Position numbers and translations under genes: made by a program. DNA of 64,000 nt, from contig CM120640.1 of assembly GCA_051362555.1 (NCBI GenBank), forward strand, positions 63,900,788 to 63,964,787, read 5' to 3'. Below, piece by piece: positions 44,800-58,129 of the stretch (position 1 is the first letter of the stretch; the number at the start of each line of letters is the position of its first letter). Source of the DNA: Lingula anatina. Lineage: Eukaryota; Animalia; Brachiopoda. The notes beneath the pieces were generated by a model. The model was given only the letters and a program-made list of their open reading frames with translations, ran no database searches and had not been told where the DNA came from.

Positions 44800-47700
44800 T
44801 TTTTTAATGAAAAACTGATTATCCCAATAAGTCATTTAGTATCCCTTGGGTTTTTGTATTTTTTATTTTACTTATATTTTGTGTATTTTGTATAGCTGTG
44901 ATGGGTTTCCTTATAAAGAGTTTGATTTAGACATCATGTTTTTTCTGTGCAATGTAGTAGAAGTTCTTCATTTTGATTTGTGTCATGTTTATCTCTGTTT
45001 TAGGATTGACATACTGTCAGAAATTTGATTGACAAGATACAGTAATTTAATTATTATTATTATTATTATTATTATTATTTTTTGCAATCAATTTTGAATC
45101 ATGTTGTGAAATTGCTCATGGATTTAGGTAAAAATATTTTCTCAGATGTGCCCAATGTAGATGCAAGTACATGGAGATCTGCTTTGCTAACATTCATTTA
45201 AACATTTACTAATAGGACATTAAAATAGAGAGTGGGAAAGACATTGTCCACATTTAAGGGGTTAGCCATAGTATAGTCACTAGTATAATTTCTTGGAGTA
45301 GATAAATGTTCTTCTGTGTGTGTGTGTTTGTGTGTGTACTTTTTACATAACACTTCACACTTTGTTTCTCTTTGATAATCAGCATTAAGAGTTATAATGT
45401 TGAAAGTACAATTTTAGCTGAAGAAGTTTTTCATTATGAATTTATGTTGTTACAAAAGAATATTCAAACATAATACTCCCAAAAAAGTAACTTTACACAG
45501 TTCCATAACTCTCAGTGACTCTTGTTTGTCATATTCATATATGATAGTGAATTTCATCTCACTGTTTAGTGCTAAGTAGCTCATGGACATTTAATTGTAG
45601 ATAAATAAATTTCTTGGGTTATGGTTAAGCACATGAATAGCTATCAACACTAGATTGCAATGCTATTCACAAACTCAACAGATGTCGATTTTTGAAGCAG
45701 TCCTATGCAACTATGAGTTATCTACAGAATCATTTCTGGACTTGTTATTTACAGTTTTGGTAGTAGTATTTTTTGGGAACAGCGTTATTGTTGTACGTGT
45801 AATGTGGTACAGGTATGCTTGTCGTTGTAGTAGTAACTATTTTATTGAATAGAATGTGTTATCTTGTATCTCTCAAATTTTTAATACTTTTAGGAAATGG
45901 GTTTTTAGTAAAGATTATACACATAGGGAAATGGTGAGAGTCAGTTGCAACCTTGAAAAAATGTCCTTAAAATTAGAGAAGTGAAGAACTGTTGATATTT
46001 AGACAGAAAATAGTTGTACTATTAGACATGTTGAAGAAAGAAATATTGGTGTAGCATGCACAAAGGCAGCAGGAAATATAACTTTTTTGTCCTGGATTTT
46101 TGAGAGGACTGACCTTGATTTATTTCTGTTGACAAGCTCTGGCTATACTAGTTGTTTTCACCAGAAGCAAGTTTATATCTAAACCAATCACAAGCATGCA
46201 ATACTTATATTATAGCAAAATTAATTTTTCAATGCGAAGTAGTTTGGCTCATCAACTAGAGCATACTGTTTTAGATACTTCTTGTCAATTCTTTGAATTC
46301 TAAAGGGAGAGAATATACAACCAATTAAACAATTTTATTTCTTGCTTAATTGGCAATATGATATTGACACATTAATATGAGTTGTGGCTTCAATTGAAGT
46401 ATACATATAACATATATAATATACATGTAATATATAATATTTATAAAATATTTCAATCACTACTGCTCAGAAGCAAATGGTACATTTTTGTGACAGTAAG
46501 AGTTATTTTTGGATTATCTTATGTTAGTTTGGTGCCAAGATTATGATTACGCCAATATTCTATTTACTTAAAAAGGTATCCTATCCTCCAAAAAAATATG
46601 TTCCTTGAAATGAAAAGTGATCTTCTGCTTGTGAACCATTGTTTGGCTGCTCCCTGCTCTTGGATTGACGTTTTATGCTATGTTTGATTCTAAATAAATT
46701 GTTTCCCATATTGATAACTGTATATATAAAAATATAATTTGTTTTGAAGACCTGAATTGGGGGGGGGGGAGGAGAAGAGCACCTGTAACTGTGCAGGATA
46801 TGTAGACAGAAATTAAGACATGAGACATTTTCAAACTTGGATAGTATACCTTCATTTTTATTTACCCAAATGCGAGATGTCCTCTACCAGGGTCACAGAT
46901 TGATTTTTCACTAGATATTCACTGATGTGACTAATTCGTGGCGAGTCTCTCCACTGTCATGTTGGAGAAAAGTGCACATAATAAATCTGCTAAGATATCT
47001 TGTTTTTGCTAGCATATCAAGTGAAAATATGGTTACTTTCATTATGTTCTCTAACAAAATAAGTCGGTCATTGACAAATATTTAGAAGTAATGCAACATG
47101 TACAGATTTTAACCTTACTTTGATTGCAACATCTGACCTTTATCTAGGATCTAAATGCTTGCCACCACTACCACTTGTCCAGGAGGGGTTGATCAGATGT
47201 AACACAAGTGGTAGGCTAGTCTTGACATTTCATTTTGTTTGCATATAGAGTATACTCAAAATAATTTTTGCTCAGAGTAACTTCATACTGGGTCTTTCTT
47301 CATAAAATATAGCACAGGTGCTGAAATAAGGAATGCCCCATTTTAGTGCGCATCAGAAGGCAAGACTTGCCTACCACTCTGGGTACTTTCCTATAACCTC
47401 TTTGTTGTTGACAAGTCTAAATTCAGGGCAGGGCCATTTATGACATGTTCTGACTGTGCCTCTTGCTATAACATACAAGATATCAAAGGATGTAAGATGA
47501 AGTTCCCAGGCTTTTAGCTTGAGTAACTGTAATCCATGGTATCAAGATATCTTTATGATAAGGATTCCAGAATAAAATCATTGTCTGAAATTATTATTAA
47601 AAGTGTGTTGTGTCATGCCATGCCTCATGGATTAAATAAAATACCTACTGTGCTTAGCAGTTCAAAATGGACTGGTTGCAGCGGCTGTTGGTCCTTAACT

Positions 47701-48584
47701 TTGAAGCAGCCCACACCTCTCTGAGCCATTATTGTTTCAGCATTCAATCAAAATAAAATCCAAAACTTAAATCTGAACTACGGGATACATTTTATTTCAT
47801 AAATAATACATATTAATGTGAATGTAAGATGTAAACAATTTGTCTTAGTAACTGTTAAACTGCAGGTCTTTCTGGGGTGATAAAGGTTTTATCAAAGGTG
47901 GGATCTGTTTATGTTTGAGGAACCTACAGATCTACTGCTGAGGGGACCCTAGGTCTTGAATCTGGTTCTTTCTTTTTGACACTTTTTTTCTACTTAGAGC
48001 CTGGAAAGAATGATTTTGCCATAAATTTCCTGAAATTCCTTCAGTGAGCATTTGTAAGGAGGATTGAACTCCCAAACTGGAAGTATGTTAAGTAGGTGCT
48101 TAGTCCTGTCATTTGTTTTTTTTTTCATGTGTAAAGACAAGAAGTACACTTAAATTCTATTTTGCACAGAGTAACTACACATTTTGAATTTCCCAGTCCA
48201 ACATGTGCCCATAAAATATGAACACTTTGATACACACTTAATTGGGGGGGCATTCAATAGCTCAGCACCTGGGCTTTATTTTATGGGCACATTTGGGAAG
48301 AAGAAAGCCAACATTTATAGTTACTTTGTGCAAATATCGTTTTGGATGAATTGCATGTAAAACAGATAAAAAGGACCTACTCAATGGACTTTCAGCTTTG
48401 GAGTTCAACTCTTTATTCTCAAACATGATAAAAAAGTGGTAAAGACTCGATAAGATTTTTACAGAACTTTCTGATTTCATTGATTATGACCACAAAAGTT
48501 AACTCTACCAACTGTAAAAATACTATAATTAATTGAATTGCAGCTGCTTACACTAATACTAGCCTACAGCTGTGGACTAAGAGG

Positions 48585-51500
48585 TCATCTCTTGGGAAAC
48601 ATCCTCATAAACAGGACCATCCATAGGAAGGTCAAGATGACCAGTACAATCATGATCCATATCCACCAGTTACAAGACGTCTTTGTGTGAGCCTCCAAGC
48701 GCTCACTTTCAACTTTTAACTTGGAAAAGTTTGTGTCTGCAAGCTTGTGTGACTCTCCAATTTTCTGAAGAATGGATGGATTTTAGAAAATTTAAAATAT
48801 AAACTAATAGGAAGATCATTTTAAACAAGGCAAAACATATTTGTAGTGCCTGTAAACTTGCAACAAAATAGAGCGCATTCAGAACAGCTGATCTGCAGAC
48901 TAACAGATCCGCTGACTAAATATGGCCGACTCGGCTTAAAAGCAAGCCGCTCAATTCCCTGATAGTTTCCCTGCCTCCACACGCATTATTAAACGGATCT
49001 ATCATACGTACTGAAGTTTCTTTAGTCTTAATCTATCTTTCACACTGACAGGGTCATTCTTTCCCATGCTGCATGATATTTATTCAAACAATAAATACTG
49101 TTTAAGAAAGCTAGAATCAAAGAAATTTAAATTCCACTTACTTTAGTATCTTCCCTTATTATTTTTCCTGCCATGGAAGCATTTTCTTTCAGACTTCTTG
49201 TCAATAGCACCATCTCATCTGCAATCTTTTGTTGCATTTTGTGATGTTGTTGCATTACTGCATCAATATCATCCTCCTCCTCTTCAACTGCTTTTCTCTG
49301 ACGCACACCATCCTTATCCTGCTGACCTAATTTGTCAAGAATGGAATAGAATTTAATAATAAATACAATGATATCATGCATTTATGAATTATATAATATC
49401 ATAGACATTCTAGAACATGCTAAAATTGTACATAGGACTACCTATATTAGATCAACCTTTTTCTACCTTTAGTCTTATTTAGATAAGATCGAAAAGCAAA
49501 TGTAAACCCTCTGTTTCCCATCAACATATCACCCTTTGATAACCTTGGAGAACAGAAGAATAATATTTACTGACTATAGTGAACTTTGCTGAATTCAGGC
49601 AATCTCCAGAAGTCTGAATCAGCTAGATTGGTCAAGTTGTCTTCAATGTACATAAATATGTAATAAATTAATGTATGATGATTAAAATATAGCTGAAAAA
49701 AACCTCCTGTAGACAGTGCCAAAGAATATATCAGCATTTGCATAAAGGCATTTGCTCATGTACAAATATGCGTGTTGAACAGTAATTTCAAATCTGATTT
49801 GTTGCTTAATTCAAACACTTCCTTATAAAAGAGAGAGTGCAAGATTGGTAAATATAAGTAAAGTTAATAAAAGAAACCACTTTTACTTGATTTCCCCAGA
49901 AGCTCATCTCTCATTTCACTTTCATAGCGGGCCTTAGCTTGAAGATGCAGCTCTTTTGTTTGTGGGGTGCTACAATTATGAGAACTGTTTCTGCCTGGAT
50001 TTAATTTCTGTGTAGCAGCAGCTTTATCCGTGGAAGTTAACTAAAAATAAAGGGACAATAAATCGCATATTTTATTGAAAGGTACTAGCATAAAGTAAAA
50101 TGTGGTATTTCAAAAACCTTAACATGATCTTTTTATCATTCATTAAACAAAATTATGTTTCATAGAAGCTTTATTCCTAAAGTCAGCATAAGTACGTAAG
50201 CTACTGTGTAAATAATCTCACCATTGTTTCTGCTTCAAGTAAGCCACGAAGAAACTCAACCTTTCTGTTGTAATTTGCAAGCACCTCTTGGTTAGGTTTA
50301 CTGAATAAGATTATAAAACAAGAATAATTTAACAGTTCTTTTGGTTGTAAGCCACTGAAAAGACAATTTTACATCACAATAATATGGAGGAGAAATCTAA
50401 ATGTGACAAAAGCAAAGTGATGAATGAATTAATGAAAGACTCACCTTACTGTATTCATTGCAAAATAATAATGAAGCACTTGCAGTCCTGCTCTTTGTAG
50501 GAATAATTATGGTGTACTCTAATTGGAAAAAATTCTAAACTTTTTTCAGCTCACACTGGAATAATAATATCTATTTCTGGGGTAGTGCTAGCAATTTTTT
50601 TTTCGCTTAGCCAAATCACTTCTTTTTCATCACTTTTTCCTCCATATGCTTTAAATTTGACTAAAACAAATCAAATCATCCCTATTTTGTTTAGCCAGTT
50701 TAAGTCAGTTTTAGCACTTGGCTTAATTGGCGAGTGTTAGCACTACCCCAGTATTTAGATGCAACATGCCATACCTGGGGGATCTCCTCAGTTCTCCCAA
50801 CTGGTTCTGCAGTGCATCAATATACTGAAAAGTCAAATTTTATTTTGATGACTTTGGGAGGGTGGTTAATTTTTTATTTCAAGCATTAACATCTACTCAT
50901 CACACATTCATTTTAAGTGTAAAAGTCAAAGCAGATTAAGTGGGAGCAATATACTGAGTACACAAAAATAGCTGTTACCTATAATGTCCACTTAAAGGTC
51001 TTATTTCAATTTTTTCTAAAAATCAGAGCTATAGAGTGCATGCAAAATGCATGTGGAAGCTCTTCAGTAAACACAAGAAGTCGACATCTCGTCACCTACA
51101 CCCCATTTCCATAGATTTTTAGATCGATCTATCCCTGTGGGGAGTCTCACTAGATTACTGTCAGCTTGGCCGGCTTAAGCGTCTGTCCCGCCTACTAAAA
51201 GCTGTAAGGGGGGTAATTAACTACGGTGACCGCACGGCTGACTGCAATCATGGACATAATAAGAGAAGGACGAGTAACGCGGAGCAAGATCAAAGGATAA
51301 TCGTCTTAATGTGAGCTCTTCGCGAAACCATGTGCGTTCGGATCACGCGACCTCCCGTACAGGTAGCGAGCATATCGCAGTTGTCGATGACTTTTTGTGT
51401 CATTTGGGCAGGTAGTTCGCGATAACGTGAGTCAATCTTTCGGGTGGATGAGACAATAAAATTATAGAGATGAAGTATAAGTACAATTTGTTCTGTCAAT

Positions 51501-53390
51501 TTGGAAACTATGTGAGAATTTGATATGTTTATTCATGGAGGAATTCAAAATGCCCTATGTGGTAAAGGCAATCTTGTTTGTTATCGTAAAATGAGCATTC
51601 AAAATTGTACAATTATAGTGTAGTATACTTGTTTTCAACTATGATCCGATTGGAAAATATTTTTAGTGTCAAACTTTTCTCTCTGTGTGAGAAATTAGCC
51701 TGAGACGCGGCAATAATGAAACCTTCAATCGTGTCTTGAATTAAAATGACGCAATTCCTCTCCGATTTATTCAACTCGCTGACATCGTTTTAGGTCTGGT
51801 ATTTTTTACGTACGAGTTAGATAAAGGTGGCATTTACACTGATGTGTGCTATATGAATAGGTTTATGTTACTTGCTTAAGTGAGCCCGAATTATGTAATG
51901 ATAATTAATATTTTTAACATTCAATATGGGCTCTCGTTGCAATAGGGCACCACACACGCATTCGTGACCCACAAAAACGCACCTGTGGGTCTTTTAATAT
52001 TTTTTAAATCAAAGTTGACATTAATACTGCTCTGAAGTATATATATATATTTACACATTACCGGCTACGGTCTGCTCCAGTCTGAGAATGATAATTATTA
52101 TTTTTTTAACTTTCAATATGGGCTCTCGTTGCAATATGGCACCACACACGCATTTGTAACGCACAAAAACGCACTTGTGGGCCTTTTAATATTCTTTTAT
52201 CAAAGTTGACATTAAAACTGCGCTGAAGTATACATATATTTACACATTACCGGCTATGATCTGCTCCATTCTGAGAATGATAATTATTATTTCTTAACTT
52301 TCAATATGGGCTCTCGTTGCAATATGGCACCACACACGCATTCGTTACGCACAAAAACGCACTTGTGGGCCTTTTAATATTCTTTTATCAAAGTTGACAT
52401 TAACACTGCTCTGAAGTATATATATATTCTACAGTCTGCTCCACTTTGAGAGTGAAAATTAATAGTTTTTCATCTTTAAATTGGAGTCCCTATACAGCAT
52501 AGAGACGATTGACAAACACCCTCATTGGTCTTTTAATTCAAGTATAAATGTGGACATGTACACATGCAAACTTCGTGAATATATTTAGGCCTACTTGGGT
52601 AATGGTCATAAAAGTGGATCTTGATCACAACTCACCTCTGTAATTGGCTTGCTACATTGCATTATCTTGTTATCAGATACGTTTGGATAGCACCTACCTG
52701 GCTTTATTAGTCAACATGCTTTTAAACCAGTTATATATCAGTTCGACATATATCAATACAATCTTGGAAACGATAACAAGTATAGACAAAGGCCAGAGCC
52801 CATTTTAATTAGGTAACAGGAAAAAGAAACTGAAAACCCGAAACAAATTTCCACTTGTTGACGCAAGTCTATGTGCTAGCAATTACAAGATGGAGGCAAT
52901 GCTGTGTCATAGCAACCACGAGGGACCGCGAGAAATTGCGTTATCCATGCAATAGAACAAAAGGATTTCAATGAGGCACAGCGTGCGCTACCTTGATAAT
53001 AAGTTGTTCAGGCTCCCGTGGAGCTATCAAAACAGCTTATCTAAGACAATGGGCGAATGTTTACCCGAACGCACATAGCTTCAAAGGAAGATGCCGCGTT
53101 ACTCGTCCTTCTCTTATTATGTCCATGCTGCAATTTAGCGTGAACCCCCAGGGAGTTAGGTCGATCTAAAACTTAATCTTTAGATCGATCTAAATCTCTG
53201 GGAAAGCACCCCTAGTTGCTGTTATGAGCTATTATGTTGTACTGCCAGCACTACTGGACACATTTAAATTAATGTGACACTTACATGTCAGTATTACCTT
53301 TTCAAGCCTCCAGTCTCTCGTCTTCTCTGCTGCCATGGTCTCACAGCGGCTTAGAAGACGCATGAAGTTAGTTTCCACTTTTGATGCCAT
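48585..53390 (-). CDS. USE1: Vesicle transport SNARE USE1, about 246 aa
   Basis: Exons 53298-53390, 50775-50824, 50222-50300, 49887-50040, 49142-49326, 48585-48764. MASKVETNFMRLLSRCE.MA...DWRLEKY; Y.RKVEFLRGL; QKIADEMVLLTRSLK; KLKVESERLE.H; C-terminal TM CNWWIWIMIVLVILTFLWMVLFMRMFPKR*. Confidence 0.96.
50577..50751. mobile_element. Short MITE in a USE1 intron
   Basis: Termini CTGGGGTAGTGCTAGCA / TGTTAGCACTACCCCAG; TATTT on both flanks. Confidence 0.75.
51249..53127. mobile_element. Non-autonomous P-superfamily-like DNA transposon, 1879 bp
   Basis: Perfect 34-bp TIR CATGGACATAATAAGAGAAGGACGAGTAACGCGG; perfect 7-bp TSD CTGCAAT; subterminal inverted motif ATGTGCGTTCGG/CCGAACGCACAT; no transposase ORF. 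Confidence 0.88.
51897..52470. repeat. About 190-bp tandem repeat, 3 units, inside the P-like element
   Basis: TTCAATATGGGCTCTCGTTGCAATA.GGCACCACACACGCATT recurs at about 51920, 52112 and 52300. Confidence 0.92.
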
Positions 53391-53691
53391 TTCGAACGTT
53401 AAATTTAATTGATATTTTTGCCAGTTTTCAACATTGTATTCCCTGCCAGCAAGGCATAATTAGTCCATCACACCGGAAGTACCTTTAAGTACTTCTTTTT
53501 AAAAAGAAGGAAAAGAACTCTCTTTTACAGGAGGTTTGAAACGGGTTGCTATTGGACACGCTACTTTATTATACACAAATACGCTAGTGTGTTGACTAAT
53601 CCGAGAGTATTGAACTGTCGGTAGCATTAGCAGGTAGCAGTACGCAGATAAAGTGAACGTGTTACTAATCCTCCTTGATTAGGTATCTTTG
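53391..53691. promoter_or_regulatory. Probable bidirectional promoter for USE1 and the TEX45-like gene, with an ETS site and an X-box-like motif
   Basis: Head-to-head genes; CCGGAAGT at 53473-53480; GTTGCTATTGGACAC at 53545-53559; likely donor of a non-coding exon (GTGAGT) at 53692. Confidence 0.6.
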
Positions 53692-54022
53692 GTGAGTAAA
53701 TTTGGCATAACAAATGCTTATCAGAGCAGTAATTATTATTTTGTTTCAACTTTGTGGTTTAAGGAGTACTGTAGCATGTACATTTGTAATTTTAACACGT
53801 TTTTAAAAATGTAAACTCAAGACTAATGTTTTGAGAAAAAGGAGAACATAACAAACATTAATCAGATCTTAAACCAAGACGATTTGTTAGAAACATTTTA
53901 TCAATCATAATTGTGTAGTTTAGGTAATTACAGTAAATTGCATATAATTTATTTATAATTGTCATGTGATGATACGTTTCAGTATATTGTGCATTGGAAA
54001 AAGTACAAGAAATCCACCAACC

Positions 54023-57000
54023 ATGGCAGGAGTGGCCTCAGTTAAAAATATGGTGACCACTCAGAAATCTGGAGCAGAGTTTTTAGCTTCATCACATTTC
54101 TCTATTTCACAAGATCCAGCAGCAATTCTTCCTTCCATGCAGACAACTTTCAGGAAAGATTATATTCCCCATAATACAACATCAAAACCAGGCGCTGCTA
54201 TTCCCCCAGCTCCTGCTGGGCTGATGCATCAAGATGCCAGATTCTTCAATGAAAAAGCTTCCGAGACTGTTAAATCATACCAATACACATCTATGACCAA
54301 ACCAAAGTTGGAAAATGCACAGGAAACATTGCAAAGGACCAATTTCAAGATGGACAGGGATTTATCAAAATTCGAAGCATTCCACACAACTAATAATTTG
54401 TATTATCCACCAAGGCAAGGTTCTTCTTTTTCTATGGCCAAACCAGCACAAAACCCTATGAAGAGCAATGTACCTCAGGGGGATATAGAAAAAGCACCCC
54501 AACCAATGTCAGATTACAGAGATAGATACAGGGGTCATGACACCAGGAAATTTCAAATAGAAAAGGCTCCTTCTCAACATATAGGTAAGAAATAGAGATT
54601 TGTCATATTGAAAGAGCATGTCTTTTGTTAATAAGCAAAGTTCCATAAAATGCCACAAAAGAAAAATTGTTCTGTAATTAACCAACTCTTATGTTATTGA
54701 CATGCTTCCTTTTCTTTTTGTAACATATTTTTGATTTTGTTGAAAGGGGGTCCAGCTACAATTCTTGGAGATAACAGACTGCATCACTACAGACCAACAC
54801 ATGGAGATGTTTTCACTGGAACTTTTTTACCGAAACTTCCTGCATATCCAGCAGTGAGTACCTTATATACACATAAGATTTGGATGTGCTTAAAATTCTT
54901 TTACAAAAAAAGTCATGTATCTTTAATAAGTATGTTAGAGTAAAAAATTGAAATGAAAAGTAAATGAAGTGCACATCAATCCAGACAAGTATGGTGGAGT
55001 GACTATTAAAATATGCACTAAACTCTGTCAGAATAAAGGATATCTTTTGAACTTGTTTGTGAAATAATGATGACAAGTTTGATTTCTTTTAGCCTGTGGG
55101 TACTAATATACCACAAGGTGACCAAGAAAAGGAAGCCACCTACCAGTCCACAATGCAGCAATCCTATCCAACACAGAATGGTGAAAGGCAGCCATACAGT
55201 AAACAGGCTGTACAAGAGATGCTTCAGCACACACACTTTCGACTGGATGATGGGCACAAAACTTGGGATACGTATCAGAGTACTCAGGAGGACTCTTACA
55301 AAGTGAAACCAATGAGTAGTAAGCAGCATTTTTGATTAGGGGTTAGGAAATGTAGAATATATACCAGTAATGAAAATTTGATTTAATAAATAGGCATAAT
55401 GCTCCAGATGTGTGCAATATATAGTGCAAAGAAAGTAATTAGGTGTGCACAGGTGAAACAATGAAAAGTGACCCACCACTTATACAAAGGAGTGACAGTC
55501 ATTTATGATTGGGTGCATTTAAAGTAACATCTTTCTTAGTTTGTTTCCCAGTTATCTTTTTCTGTCATATGCCCCATTTCTCAAGTTTTGTTTTGGACTG
55601 CACAACAGTATTTTTCCAAGGCACTAGGCATGAAAAGTTAAAGGGATAATAACTCTGTTTTGGCCAAAAAATGTATTTTCCTGGAGTAAACAACAATTTT
55701 CCCATACTTGCCAATGGTTAATGAATCCATTTTTACATTCAAAGTTAGTCCCCGTTTTTTTTTTTTCTAAAAAGTTTGGTTTTTTGTTAAAATCTCTTAA
55801 GAGATTGTAACAGAGTGTAGCCATCAATGGAGGTCACGTGGTCTAAAGACAAGCTCAGATATCAGAATAATAGCTATAACTGCCGTTTTTGTGGTAAAAC
55901 AGAATATTATTTTTGTATGAGTTATTCATTATGTTTTTATTGTGAAATATAGATCTCATACGAAGAGTTATTATCCCTTAAAAAAAAACACTTATCTTAA
56001 TCCACACTGTTACTTTTATCCAGTAACATACTTGTTATGCAGATATTTTCTGTGTAACTGTGTTGCATTCTTCTGTTACCCATTCTCTTTGATGATGGGG
56101 TTTGTAAAAATTATTTATTTTTAGTGGACCGTTTCAAGCCAGACCGCCATCGTAATCAAAGTGACCTTCCTGAGGGCGACACTAATCCTGGGCGTATAGC
56201 AGACAGGATTAATATGACAACTAGCAGATACTACCATGGACAGGTACTATTTTTCATAACTCAGATAATCTGAAATATAGAGATTAATTTTGCTTTTGTT
56301 CTTTTTGTAAAACAATTCCCTATAAGTTGTATGTGGTACACTAGACATGCCAATGTACTATAATACTGAAAATTAATTTTTTATGCTCTTCAAACAAGTC
56401 ATATTTACAATTTGGTGCATACATGAAATAAATAAACATTTTTTTTTTGCTCCAGTACCCATATGGGTTTTCTAACCCAGTTGTCTCAGGTGCTAACAAA
56501 AGGACTGAGAGCAATGTGTGGTTTGGAGAACCCAGGATGAACAGTGGGTTTTATGACACAACCATGGGTGATGAATTCTCACCTAAGAACGTCCCATACT
56601 CATACAACAGGTCCAACTTCCATACTCAAAGTGCAATACCTGTAAATTATTATGGTAAGTTGAAAAAATATATTCCAAATCTGAAAATTCTACAAAAATA
56701 TTATGACAGGGGCACATGACTGGGGCAATTGACTCATAATCATTGAAACTGGCTTTTTTTTTATAATCAAGGATGTGTCATCCATGTTTTACTTTAAAGC
56801 GGAAATGGCTCATTCCCAATCACTCTGTAAGAAAACCCTTAAATCTCTTTACAGGTAATGAACTGACCAACCCTACCTACTATAGTGATTATCAAGATCC
56901 AAAACAGAAAAGAATGATTCCAGATCCCAAGGCTGTCGATAATGTAAGTTTTTCAATAATTTTTTCCCTTATGAAATAATTAGTACTTGTACAAAATGAG

Positions 57001-57330
57001 CATTTTTACTTCAACTCATCAAGGTGATAGATGTCAGTTTTCCAAAATATACATAATTTATCACCAAAGCGTTTTTATTTGCTCAAATTATCTTATGAAA
57101 AAATAATAGGTTTTAAGTCTCGATTCTGTATCGATTCCAATTTTAATTTGTGGCCCCTTTTTTTTCTTTAGTTACGAGAAACCCACATCAAGCCACCATT
57201 AAAAGGAGAGAGAGACTTTATTACAACACACAACATTCAGTTTATTCCAAAGAAAATGGAGAAGCAAGTTTTGGTCGACTCTGGAAAGTTACAGCGGAGT
57301 TCTGTGCCTTTAGGGACATTAAATGTATAA
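54023..57330 (+). CDS. TEX45: TEX45/SAXO5-like ciliary microtubule-associated protein, about 486 aa
   Basis: Exons 54023-54584, 54747-54853, 55093-55318, 56125-56243, 56456-56654, 56855-56943, 57172-57330 join in frame. EFLASSHFSISQD resembles TEX45 DFLKASHFSLGPD. Repeated SNVPQGD/TNIPQGD units and S/T..DY motifs; C-terminal LQRSSVPLG. The gene model is firm; the name comes from recalled similarity. Confidence 0.8.
55638..55980. mobile_element. Kolobok-type MITE, short form, in a TEX45-like intron
   Basis: TTAA-AGGGATAATAACTCT ... GAAGAGTTATTATCCCTTA; near-identical to 57589-57933. Confidence 0.87.
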
Positions 57331-57588
57331 ATTCAACTTCAGAGATGGGTCTCTTTCTCCCATCTATGTGAAGAACCAATACCCAGGATTATGCTGAAAT
57401 ATGATAAGGGAAAACTGTTCTTGAAAAAAGACAAAAGTTGTATAGGATTATCAGGACTAGATTATTATGAAACTTTGAAAAATCATATTGTGTATATACT
57501 AGTATATATGTTATGAATAAAAGTCAAATGAATGTTTTTTTCTAAAGTTATTTTATTGTTACTGAAAAAAATACATCATCCAGAGTAA

Positions 57589-57933
57589 TTAAAGCAATAA
57601 TAACTCTTCGTTTCGGCCAAAAAATGAATTTTCCTGGAGTAAACAACAATTTTCCCATACTTTCCAATGGTTAATGAATCCATTTTTACATTCAAAGTTG
57701 GTCTCTGGTTTTTTTCTAAAAAGTTTGGTTTTTTGTTAAAATCTCTTAGGAGATTTTAACAGAGTATAGCCATCAATGGAGGTCACGTGGTCTAAAGACA
57801 AGCTCAGATATCAGAATAATAGCTATAACTGCTGTTTTTGTGGTAAAACAGAATATATTATATTTCTACGAGTTATTCACAAGGTTTTTATTGTGAAATA
57901 TAGATCTCATACGAAGAGTTATTATCCCTTTAA
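57589..57933. mobile_element. Kolobok-type MITE, short form, between two convergent 3' ends
   Basis: TTAA-AGCAATAATAACTCTTCG ... CGAAGAGTTATTATCCCT-TTAA. Confidence 0.88.
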
Positions 57934-58129
57934 TGATTACAACAGTATCATGTAACATTTACCAATGGCCTAGATTATTTCAATTTTGCATGACACTCGT
58001 GCAAAACAAAAAGTCAACAGTGCAATAATGTCATCTTTTTCCATTCCCATGGCAAGGTAACTCCAAGAGACTTTCAGCAATGAAATTTATCATATAAATT
58101 ACATCATAACTCAACTTTAAAAAAAAATG

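Larger units (their letters stand above)
51099..53211. mobile_element. PIF/Harbinger-type MITE-A split by a nested insertion
   Basis: Left part 51099-51248 and right part 53128-53211 rejoin to give the family sequence; CTA TSD. Confidence 0.9.

Noticed and set aside
47205-47380. Short inverted repeat GTGGTAGGCTAGTCTTG / CAAGACTTGCCTACCAC
   Set aside because: Probably an old MITE, but ends and TSD are not resolvable.
51897-52470. Repeat arrays here and at 59300-59915 as possible CRISPR arrays
   Set aside because: Whole units are repeated with no unique spacers; eukaryotic context; no cas genes.
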